A stretch of DNA of 64,000 nt. Source: Podarcis pityusensis (Eukaryota). The stretch is taken from assembly GCA_964106645.2 (NCBI GenBank), contig OZ067038.1; one strand, 5' to 3'. Positions 53,531-64,000 of this stretch are shown piece by piece. The translations under genes and the position numbers were made by a program. Each line of letters opens with the position of its first letter. The first letter of the stretch is position 1. A model generated the notes under the pieces. It saw nothing but the letters and a program-made list of their open reading frames with translations. It did no database searches and was not told the origin of the DNA.

Positions 53531-54807
53531 GTTTAATGTTACATCTGTACACTAAACTGTGGTTAATCTTAATTGTGATTTGTTAGAACAGACCACCTTT
53601 ATAACCCATGGTTTGAAAATGGCTACTTTCAAACAAAGCATAATTAAGATGAATCACAGTTTGTCAGGTTCAGACAAAGCACTAAGCTACAGTTAATCAA
53701 AAACAGAAGTGAAGGGCTTCAGAACTCCTCCTCTGCTATGCTGGGACAGGGGTGGATGGCAGGTCATCCCCATCACAGTAAGCCACAGTTTGAAGCCAAT
53801 GACTGGTCAAATCTCTGAAGTCAACTGCTGGGTTTCAATGTCCTGCATGGCACTTTGCCTCTTCCCTTTATTATTGTAAGTAGCTAAGTAAATTATTTAC
53901 ACTGATGGACTAGATGGAACATACATATGATAAAACTGGACAGTTCTTGTGTTCACCATGGTGTGAGTTGCCAGCATTCTTTATATATCAACAGCTTGGA
54001 AGGTGTTCATTTTTCCCAACATAAAGTGTACACGCTATAAAAAGCAGACTTGGTAAGCATCTTGGTTAGCAGATTCAGAAAAAGTAGTGGCACACACAAA
54101 ACATTATGGGAAAAGTGGAATATATGTTAGTGCATTAAAAAATCTCATTCTGCAACTAATCCTCAGTTATTAGCTGCAGAATGAGATTTTTTTTTACTCA
54201 GAGCAGCTATAAGGCTCTTACTATGAGGTTAACAAAGAAACTCTAGTGTGAACCAAGGTAGGTGCTCTCATAGTCATCTTCAAAGATTTCTTTGATTCTA
54301 AGGGCATGCTTTAAAATTGGCAATTTAAGCAGATTTAGAGACTCAACATTTGACATGCAACTCTCAAATATAATATAGAAGGGCATCTGTAATGACAATC
54401 CCCAGAATACATTGTAATAAAGAAACTTAATGTACAGTTACACAGATTTGTACCAGCTTAGAATCTGGCCCACACGATTCTATGTGCATGCATAATTTGC
54501 ACATTCTATGTGCAAATGCAAAAGGGCATTGTGAGCCTTTGTTAGAAACCAATCATCTGTGCTTATTGCTGCATGTTAAAAAGCCCCATTGCGCATTTGC
54601 TTACATCTTATTTTAAACCTTTCATAGATGCCCATCAGTAGATCTTTAGCACATAGATGTGAAAATGATAGATGAGATCTGATTCATCTGTACATGTTTA
54701 TTAACACTACGATTTTACCTTAGGCTGTTGGCTGAAATGCTGGTTTGGTAATTCTTATTCAAAGCAGATTGATATGCTGCTATAGAGAGCTCTACTCGCT
54801 GATGCAG

Positions 54808-54963
54808 NNNNNNNNNNNNNNNNNNNNNNNNNNNNNNNNNNNNNNNNNNNNNNNNNNNNNNNNNNNNNNNNNNNNNNNNNNNNNNNNNNNNNNNNNNNNN
54901 NNNNNNNNNNNNNNNNNNNNNNNNNNNNNNNNNNNNNNNNNNNNNNNNNNNNNNNNNNNNNNN
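54808..54963. other. N-run, 156 nt, in TE-free CNE-like context
   Basis: Direct count. Confidence 0.95.
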
Positions 54964-55771
54964 CCACGAATTTATATGGGCTGGACCAAAGAAAAATGGA
55001 ATTTGATTATTAAAACAACCCTATTCCTCAAGATTCTAGTGGCATAGTATGTTCAAATTAAATACAAAGAAAGCAATATCCATAATACCTGCCTCTGTTG
55101 GCTCATGTAATGTTTCTTTTGGGGGAACAGTGTATCATGTTAAAAGATATCGCATTGCCACAAACAGATTTTTTTCCTGGTTTTTCAGTATTTCTGTTGT
55201 AAAACACAAACCTGTATTTTGGCATTGCTTATTTTTTGTTGTTGTTTTTTTTAAAAAATATCTGTGTATCAACGTACTCTAAAAATGTTAGCTGCACTGC
55301 ACACTGACACAAATTCAGATTAACCCTTAATTTACCATTCAGAATACACTAAGAAGCTAGATCCATATAATTCACTAAAATGTTCAGTGCTTTTCTTCAT
55401 TTGAATGGACTCCAAAAGCAGCTTTTCCCAGCATAGTATATTTTTCACAATAAAACCACAAATAATGCTGCTAGTTTCCTTAACCACATTAGTTCCATCA
55501 CCCAATATCTCTAGTTCTCCGCTTGAAATCTACCACAGGCTGGCCCCTTTCATGCTATCTTTCTCTGCCCTCCTTTTGAGCATATCAATGTTCATTGTTA
55601 TTGGCTAGTACTGTGTACATCCTACAAAACATGTCTTCAGGTTATGAAATTTATCAGGATTTTTAATTTGTTTTGTTTTGATATGTATTCAGATTTTTCA
55701 GAATGTTTAATGAGCTTCATGCTAGAAAGCTAAATTGTGTGCCATAACATAGCTGTGCTTGACACATTATA

Positions 55772-56014
55772 CAGTCGTACCTTGGTTCTCAAATGCCTTG
55801 TGACTCGAACGTTTTGGCTCCCGAACGCCGCAAACCCGGAAGTGAGTGTTTAGGTTTACAAACGTTCTTTGGAACCCAAACATCTGACACAGCTTCCAAC
55901 TGACTGCAGGAAGTTCCTGCAGCCAATCCGAAGGTGCGCCTTGGTTTTTTGAATGTTTTTGGAAGTCGAATGGACTTCCGGAACGGATTCTGTTTGAAAA
56001 CCAAAGTATGACTG
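55772..56014. mobile_element. Tc1/mariner MITE
   Basis: TIR CAGTCGTACCTTGGTT / AACCAAAGTATGACTG with TA TSD. Confidence 0.85.
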
Positions 56015-56439
56015 TACTCAGTCTGAGAACCTATACATTATTTTTCTTGGGAATAAAGTAAATGACATATATGGAGCAAATGAAAAAAGCACCACATTAC
56101 TCAAGGTTTCTTCTCACATTGCTTTTCCTAACATGCATTCTGAAGATACAGAAATAGAGAGAAGGTGCTGCATATCTTTGAAACCTGACAACAGACAACT
56201 GTGCCTCTCAAACATAGGTTTGGTAAACCTCCCGGCAAAATGGATTCATGTAGGTTACATACATCAAACTGTTTTCAGGTTATGACAACACACAAGAATA
56301 TCGAGTCAGAAATCCGCCATAAGCAACAGTCCATCTTAAGACCAAATAATTGTTGCTTCACTTTAATCAGGTGAGCATGTGTGACTTTGAAGCATGTCCA
56401 CCTCAAAAGTGAAAGAAAAGTAGAAACACTGTGAACTAG

Positions 56440-56875
56440 ACAGTTAAGAGTGCCAGCTCCATGGCTGCTAACTATTGCTGTAGAATCCTTATACAGTGGT
56501 ACCTCTGGTTGCGAATGGGATCCATTCCAGAGGCCCGTTCGCAACATGAGCAGAACGCAACCCGCATCTGCGCATCTGCGGGTCGCGATTCACCACTTCT
56601 GTGCATGATGTCATTTTGCGCATCTGCGCATGCAGCAAAACCCGGAAGTAATAGTAACCCTTTCCAGTACTTCCGGGTCGCCGCAGAACGCAACTTGAAA
56701 ACGCTCAACCTGAAGCAAATGTAACATGAGGTATGACTGTACATTTGTGTTACCAGGTTAAAAAACGGGTTTCTAAAGTTCCATTTAGTCAACAATGTTA
56801 GTATATACTTCCAATCCACTTTGTCAAATGCTTTTATGGAATCCATTGCTATTAATGCAACTAGATTTTTAATGC
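56440..56875 (-). mobile_element. L1-clade RT fragment
   Basis: LVALIAMDSIKAFDKVDWKYILTLLTKWNFRNPFFNLVTQM, continuing after MITE removal as YKDSTAIVSSHG. Matches the L1 pattern DAEKAFDxVxW..LYxxPTAxIxxNG. Confidence 0.75.
56494..56739. mobile_element. Tc1/mariner MITE inserted in an L1 RT relic
   Basis: CAGTGGTACCTC / GAGGTATGACTG with TA TSD; CpG-rich interior. Confidence 0.85.
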
Positions 56876-59077
56876 TATATATAAACTATAGACAACTCAC
56901 AACATACACTGGGATTACATTCTGGGGATAGTGCGTAAACCCCAAATTGTGTATAGTCACAACACATTGAGTTCAATGGTGGGTGGGATTGCCAAAGTCT
57001 TTTTTCCTGGATGCCCACCCCGTTTCTTTTTAAAAACTGCCAAGCATATAAAGCTGAATGGACACAACTGAAATGCACATAAGTTGTGAGTTACTTGTAT
57101 GCTATGTCTAACCTACCCCCCTTTAACAAAAAGGAACCAGCCCTTCCACCTCAGCTTGCATAGACTGGCACTTCTTAACTATGACTATTGTTACCCTCCT
57201 TGATTTAAACATGCCTGGGGCACAGAATTGATCCCCTCAATCCATATGCTGTTCAGTAAGTTATGTGTTAGCAATTTTTGGTGGATTTCCTGCAACAAAA
57301 TTATGCCTTCTCAAACATATGACATAATTCTCATGCATTTAACCGGGAAGTTCGGCCCTTTGATATTTATCAACAAGGCCTTTAGTAAGTTCTGGCTTCG
57401 TGGAATTACCATAGTTTCATGCTGTTGAGAGTCTAGGAACTTGAACCATTCTGTCTCATAATTTGAAGTGGGAGAGCATTGGACTCTGTCGGAACTAACT
57501 TGAATGAATACAGTTAATTTGGAAAGCTTTTGTTATTTGATCTACTCTTGTATTAGTCTGCCCTGTTAAGGACCTGAGTGTAGAGTTCTCTCAACACTTC
57601 TGTACTTCATAGAACAGAACCATAGAATTGTAGGTTGTTCAAAGGATGTAAAACATTTCATACTCTTCCTTTGGCTTTCTCTTTGAAACTATTCATACAA
57701 GGTGACAATTCACATCAATAAAGATAACTGGCTTTGCCTGAACCACCAGTTTAGCCTACCTAATGAAGGTATGTTGGCTCCATAAAAATATTGATAGCTG
57801 GTGTGATGTGTTCCTGGAGAGTATGGCCTCTTCAAGACATCTAACTTAGCATTTTCTTTTTCTTTTTCTTCTGGTCCGCAGAGACTAATCTACTGGTTCT
57901 TCATTTAGTGAGTAATTTGATCTTTAGCTAGTGCCTCAACTCCAGGTTTATTGCTTCTTCCATTTTTTTTGAAATATCCATCAGTTCTGATAAAATACCT
58001 ATTTTGCTTCCAGAGCGGTCAGTGCTGTTGTCAGCACGGCTGCCCAGGCTACCAGCAGGTTGCTTCTCACCTGCTGACTCAGTGAGGTGATACCTCAAGC
58101 TACTGACATGGTGTTAGTCAATTTCACATCCTTAAACATTTTAGCACTTTCTTTCACCATTATAGTTTCCTTCTCCTCCCTCAAGTATTCTGAACTGTCA
58201 AAAAAGTTTTCTCTGGTGATATTCCATTTCAGAACTTTATTGGCCTTTCATTGTATCCTTCCATCAACTGGACCTATGCTTTTAGAAGTTTAACCTTGCT
58301 TTAAAGATTCCCTTTAAAAGTTGTAGCCCTTTAAAACTTGGAGATTTGTGGAGCCCAATGATTAGGCTGCCATTTTGCCTGATAGGCCACACACACACAG
58401 CCTCTCTCACACAACCCTTCTGGTTACTGCTCCCTGGGATGTGCTTGCATGATGAAACACATTTGTGATGAAGCTTCAGATGTGACCCTATACACAATTT
58501 GTGTGCATTCCATCTATAACAAGTTGCCTTCAATTATGTGGAAATCTGAAAATCCTGAAGTAACTGCCCATTGATAAAGTCTGCATTCAGAAACCCAGAT
58601 TTATCTATCAGACACAATTCTTGATTTTCCTGACTTTCCTAATGAGCAGGATATAATACCGTAGAAATAAACAAAACAAAAAATAAAATGTTCTTGGGGG
58701 ACAATATAGTTTTTAAGAATTATTAATCCTTATGGAATAACGTCAGTCAGAAAATAAAAAAAGGATTCAGAAGACCAGGCAAAGCAGGTTTAAAATGATT
58801 ATGAAAACTCATGCTAACAATCAAATGATTTACACTGAGGAAAGGAGGGAGTATTAGCTGTATACATAAGTATACAAATTTGTGGCAGTGATGCTAGTTT
58901 TAGACAGAATAAAGTACTGTGAATTTGGCAGTATCAGTCTCTGAACCTTCCCAGCAGCATAAGAAAATTCATATATCACAGGGCTACTGAGATAAAGTAA
59001 TGCTCAGCCCTAGAGGGCACAGATTTCGTCTTTATGTAAATCAGTGCCTGTCACTGCATGCATGATTCACTGCTCAG

Positions 59078-59209
59078 NNNNNNNNNNNNNNNNNNNNNNN
59101 NNNNNNNNNNNNNNNNNNNNNNNNNNNNNNNNNNNNNNNNNNNNNNNNNNNNNNNNNNNNNNNNNNNNNNNNNNNNNNNNNNNNNNNNNNNNNNNNNNNN
59201 NNNNNNNNN
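59078..59209. other. N-run, 132 nt, in TE-free CNE-like context
   Basis: Direct count. Confidence 0.95.
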
Positions 59210-59361
59210 TAAAACTGTGGATAATTACAATTTTTCTTTTTTTCCTCTTTGTTTTTTTTTTAATGGAAGGAAAGGCTTCTGAGGCCACCGATAACTGTAT
59301 CATGCTAGGCTGTTACCAAAATAAAGCTGCAGTCTTCTTCACAGTATGGAGGAAAGAAAAT

Positions 59362-59363
<2 letters not shown>

Positions 59364-59400
<37 letters not shown>
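59364..59400 (+). repeat. (AG)n microsatellite
   Basis: Read directly from the sequence. Confidence 0.95.
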
Positions 59401-59405
<5 letters not shown>

Positions 59406-60944
59406 TAGGATGCTGGTAGAAAAGGAGGAGCAATGGCATTCATGAATATTCATAGCCAGACACATTGCTTTCTACTTTTTCCTTGGTAGTTCATAGACTA
59501 TAACCATGAACCAAAAAAATGTGATTATGCTGTTTCATTAGGTTTCAGGTTTAATATATTTTCAAAGTATCATGGAGAAGTCTTAAATTCTACCCATCCC
59601 TCAATGTAAATGCCTTTAATAAAATAATGTACTGTTTTCTTTAATTTTATGTTTAAAAGTTTTTGTTTTGCTTTTCTATATCAAATGAATGTAAAAAGGA
59701 AAAAAAATCAGTTGCCAAAAAAACATGGTTTGTAAACATGCAGAAAATTCATCAAATATTATCTGACCAAGAAAAAAAGAAAAGAAAGATGTTCATATAC
59801 AGAGGCCTGGAGGAATATTACTTCATAAGAGAAACCAAAGTGAAAATGCTACTACAGAAAAATAAGAATGACTGATAAATTTAGCAGCCTCATGTTCAAT
59901 TTTCAAACAGCACAGCAAAGATTTATAGCCCTGCTGCTTCATATGGCAAATGAAACAGCACATAGAAAGCATTTATGTTTTTTCACATATTACAGTGTTT
60001 TATACCTTTCTTATATCCCAGTGCTATTGATTAGCATTGAGATCACGGTCTCAATAATGTCATTAGAGCCTGTATATGGCAGACTGTGATTAACAGAAAT
60101 GGTAGCAGTTTCTCAATAAGGCCTTTAGCAGTTTCGAAGAGGCTGCAAAGAGAAGTGTATGGTGTCTGCAAGAATTAATACCAAAAATTCAAATTTGCAC
60201 ATGGGGAGACTTAAATCCAAGTTATGTAATTCTTTCAACTGGAATATAAGATGGATAGTTATTTTTAAAATGCACTTCCAAATAAATGTATTCATGGGAC
60301 TTTGTTTTCCCAAGACAATTAGAAGACTGTGGCAGGTATGGGGATTAGGTAACTGGAATGATTCTTTTGATGCAATACAAGTCACATCAAACACAAGTTT
60401 CTCCAGCCTTTGAAATATCTAAGCTACCTTCAGGACTGACAAATCTTTGACAATATAGATGCATAAAAGGGTTCGTTTTCAATTTGGAATTTGTAACACT
60501 GCCAGACTCATTCTGCATAAACATTAGAGACCAATAAATACATTTTTTTTCCAGACTTCACCTTCTTTGGTTGGCTATCCTGTATTTCAAATTAGCTATT
60601 TGGCAATTAATTCTTACTTTGAATTAAAGGGGCCAGCAAGGTTACTACTGCTCAGTGAACCACTCTCATGAAAGCCAAAATACAACGCAGGACCCCTTAA
60701 CCCACCCCTCCAAAGCATACACAGCAACAGAAGCTTTGGAAAATCCTTTCTTCTGCACCTTGACTGCTCCCTCCCATCTTCCTTGTCATGGCACACAAAT
60801 GAGGGTGAGGGAGCAGTCAATGTACCTAAAAAGTGGACTTTGGTAAAGCTTCTGTTGTTTTATGATGGGGATGTACAGAAGAAAACAACTCTCTGTGACT
60901 TGAAATGTAGAATGTGCCTAATATGCATAATAAATTATTGTCGT

Positions 60945-61285
60945 TATTATTTATTCAATTTATATGCCGCCCTTTATCAAAAGATCCAAGGGCGGTGTAC
61001 AACATTAAGAACACATTTTAAAGAGCATAATTATAAAAACAATAAAAAGCATAATAATAGATAGCATAATAATAAAATAACCATAATAGCAGTTCCCCCT
61101 AAAAAAAAACTTGAGCAGGCCATTGATCATTTAATGGCCAAAGGCCTGGGCAAAGGGGATGTTTTGCCTGGCACCTAAAGACAAGTAATGATGGCACCAG
61201 ATGAGCCTTTCTGGGGAGAGCATTCCATGGAAGAAGAGCCACCACAGAAAAGGCCTGTTCTCATGTTGCCACCCTCAGAACCTCT
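60945..61285 (-). mobile_element. L2-like LINE 3' end
   Basis: TTTATATGCCGCCCTT..AGGGCGGTGTACA terminal hairpin, then AAAGGCCTGG..TTTTGCCTGGCACCT..GGGAGAGCATTCCA..GCCACCACAGAAAAGGCC (reverse of RAFSVVAPxLWNxLP). Confidence 0.7.
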
Positions 61286-62603
61286 TGAGGAGGGGGGACA
61301 TAGCTCTGGTGCTCCAGCATTGCGGCAGCGACTAGGCTGGGGCCTGTGCCTCCGCCATGGGGACTCTGTTTGGGCCCGCTGTAGCCACAGAGGTGCTTCC
61401 GGGTGCATCTGTGGCAGCTACAGGTCCCCAGAGGACATGGGGTAAGAAGGCCTCCCTAGCAACTTGAAAGGGTGGGAGTAGAGGGTGGGCTACCCTGGCC
61501 CTTTGCAGGGCCAGGTCTCCCAAGTTTTGGTGATTAGTTACACCTTGTTCCCCCGGCCTATACAGATCAGGTCAGGGTTTATATATTTAAATAAATGTGG
61601 ACCAGTCAACCTTTTGTGCCTTGCCTCTCCCCCCCCCCCATGTGTGGCCACAATCCCTGCTTGTCTATCTAATTACAATTATAGGCTGGTGGGTCACGTT
61701 TCAGGCTGAGTGTCTTTCCCAAAGTGGGCCCTCCCGTTTTGAATTCTGTAAAATAACAGGATTAGGAGGAGAGGAGCACAGGAAGTTCTTTCTGTCACCC
61801 ACATTCTTCTAGTTTTCATACTGAGCTACTTTTTAGCCAGAGGGGATATAGATGCTAATTATCATCCTCACCTGTTCCTTTATTTTTCCTGAAGCAGAAA
61901 GGTGTGGCTGGGAGAAAAATTCCAAGAAACTGACGGAAAGACAGGTGGGGTGAGACAAAAATTACTGCCTTCTTTGCCTTTCCTAACTCCATTTCTTCTA
62001 AGCAGTTTCAGAAAGCCCAGAGGATGATATTCATATTGTGATTATTATTGCTATATTTGCTGTCACTAATTTGATTTCTTACCCACCCTGCACTCTAATG
62101 TCCCAGGCCAGTTAAAGCAATGTAAAATACATTAATAGGGATAGGGTGGGTCCTGAAAATGTATATTTCAGGTGTTGGTGTGCATGCGTCCTCATGTGCA
62201 ACCTGGGAGCTACTAATTATCAACCTTCAACTGTAAACATTCTGAGCAGGAATTGCATTATTTCCATGTTCTACAAAACACAAAGCAGCCTGCTAATGCC
62301 AAATTAATATGCAGTAGAGGAATTAAAGGTGGTGCCATAGCCAACCAGCCCATGAAGCAAGAGGAGGTGGACACCTCAGGGCCTGAGGACTGCCCCACTC
62401 ACCACCACTGCCTCCTATGCAGACATGCCACTATGCCTCCTCCAAGACCTGCCTCCTCCACTGCTGTCAGCATCCCACGCCACTGCTGCCTGCACTGCTG
62501 TAGATGCATCTGTGGTGGCAGTCAGGTGTGGTGCACTTGCAGGGTAGAAGGCAGTGGCACTGGCAGGCAGGGACTTTTGCCTTAAGTAGCAAAAGGTCCC
62601 AGG

Positions 62604-62774
62604 TTATCTACTTGCACTCTTTTTTTTTTTGGCATGCTTTTGAACTGCTAGGTTGGCAGGAGCTGGGACCGAGCAACGGGAGCTCACCCTGCCACAGCGA
62701 TTCGAACTGCTGACCTTCTGGCTGGCAAGTCCAAGAGGCTCAGTGGTTTAGACCACAGTGCCACCTGCGTCCCC
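62604..62774 (-). mobile_element. Sauria SINE 5' half (tRNA-related Pol III region)
   Basis: Minus strand GGGGACGCAGGTGGCACTGTGGTCTAAACCACTGAGCC (A box) ..AGTTCGAATC (B box)..CTCCTGCCAACCTAGCAGTTC..GTGCAAGTAGATAA, then breaks off. Confidence 0.88.
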
Positions 62775-63062
62775 TTCATACATGAGTAGAACGCAGCTAA
62801 GTGGGGTGATGCCCGTACTGCAATATCGTATATATAACCCAAGCTGCAACTATGTCAAGATGAGTCCAGTTATGTAGTAAACATCAAATCACATGTACCT
62901 ATTATACATTTGCAGCAGATGAAGCAATTAAGCACTGCGGAAAACATGGGGAACTACAACCAATCAGTTAATCCACAGCAAACCTGCATCAAGAGATTTC
63001 CCAGCATTTGTTGTTCTCCTAAGAGCAGCAATCTGTGATCTACAAACGGGAATTAGCCATGT

Positions 63063-63295
63063 CATTTGTGCCTCATGGTTATCCCTGCTTCATCTCCACT
63101 CCCACAGGCATTTTGCCCACTCCCTTCTCCTTTTTCCCAGTACCACTTTTAGAAAGAAACAACTCCCTGTTTTACTTACAGCATCACCCACTGTGACCCT
63201 GGAAACCTCCATTTGTGCCTCATGGTTATCCCTGCTTCATCTCCACTCCCACAAGCATTTTGCCCACTCCCTTCTCCTTTTTCCCAGTACCACTT
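63063..63295 (+). repeat. 86-bp direct duplication (63063-63148 and 63210-63295), 1 mismatch
   Basis: CATTTGTGCCTCATGGTTATCC...CCCAGTACCACTT occurs twice, separated by 61 bp. Confidence 0.95.
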
Positions 63296-63503
63296 CCAGC
63301 GGGAAGGTAAATGGCGTTTCTGTGCGCTGCTCTGTTCTCGGTGTCCCGTTGCGCCAGAAGCGGCTTAGTCATGCTGGCCACATGACCCGGAAAAACTGTC
63401 TGCGGACAAACGCCAGCTCCCTCAACCTGTAAAGCGAGATGAGTGCCGCAAACCCAGAGTCAGCTGTGACTGAACTTAACTGTCAGGGGTCCTTTACCTT
63501 TTA
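63287..63503 (+). mobile_element. Sauria SINE 3' half
   Basis: GTACCACTTCCAGCGGGAAGGTAAATGGCGTTTC..GTCATGCTGGCCACATGACCCGGAA..GTCAGGGGTCCTTTACCTTTTA, with an ACCTTT-type tail. Confidence 0.9.
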
Positions 63504-64000
63504 CTCATGTATGACCGCTTTTATGCAGGTCACTGTGAAATAAACAAACTGCTGCCTGGAAATTGCTCTCAGACGCTCACTCACTCACTCACTGCAATGG
63601 AGGAGGGGACTGGAGGGAAGGCTCGGGGCAGCAGCCCCAAGTGAGGGAAGGCACGCTGGGCAGTGGCCCCAAGCCAGGTAGTGGCCCCGAGCGACTTCAA
63701 GACAGCAGCCCTCGTGGTATACCTCTCTCTCTACTCCCCATGTGCCCATCCTATTAAAGTGGGATGCTAACCACTTTACATGATTTCAGTTTTGTGTGCG
63801 GAATGTAACCCTTGCGTAAGAGGGGGGACACCTATACACCACCTCACCTGACTGAACTGGTGTGAAAATATTTCTCTGATGCTGTTTATATTTCCCGTTT
63901 CATAACCCTTATTTTATTTTGAATATTTTATGCTTCAGTTGTTCAGGGTAGTGTTTTACTTTTGTTGCTGTTTTAATTATTGCACCATTTTGGGGGTTTG

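Larger units (their letters stand above)
5322..64000 (-). other. MEIS2: Large intron upstream of the homeodomain exon (MEIS2 intron 8 equivalent)
   Basis: I could not find the preceding exon (..[23 protein letters not shown]) in the unmasked sequence. Vertebrate MEIS genes are known to have very long introns around this exon. Confidence 0.75.

Noticed and set aside
62604-63503. Twin-priming 5' inversion as the explanation for the split SINE
   Set aside because: Twin priming leaves TSDs outside in direct orientation with the halves adjacent. Here one TSD copy is inverted and internal, with ~500 bp of flanking DNA between the halves.
1-64000. CRISPR arrays, operons, tRNA/rRNA genes, additional MEIS2 exons
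   Set aside because: This is vertebrate intronic DNA. The only tRNA-like boxes belong to SINEs, and neighbouring MEIS exon peptides were not found in unmasked sequence.

Overview
Eukaryotic, AT-rich vertebrate DNA from a squamate reptile, probably a lacertid lizard, judging by a Sauria SINE and squamate-type MITE, CR1 and L2 relics. The only real host coding sequence found is a 77-nt minus-strand exon (5245-5321) encoding [26 protein letters not shown]. This is the TALE homeodomain exon of a MEIS gene, and its codon pattern best fits MEIS2. The rest of the window is most simply read as the two large flanking introns. They hold transposon relics (L2, CR1, L1, an RTE-like RT, TA-target Tc1/mariner MITEs, hAT MITEs with 8-bp TSDs, a Sauria SINE and a MIR-like SINE), TE-free blocks that look like conserved enhancers, and five N-masked stretches. 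Main observations: (1) an apparently young, full-length, ORF-less 1.15-kb L1-type retroelement with a 16-bp TSD, whose first 35 nt carry a consensus CTCF motif plus the L1 YY1 motif, followed by stacked RNA hairpins; (2) a single Sauria SINE cut in two by a ~0.7-kb inversion, shown by its 13-bp TSD, with an 86-bp duplication at the breakpoint; (3) MEIS + PBX-HOX composite motifs with identical spacing next to two of the masked blocks; (4) a 24-bp-stem hairpin on the gene's sense strand. Repeat family names were recognised by eye, not by database search.
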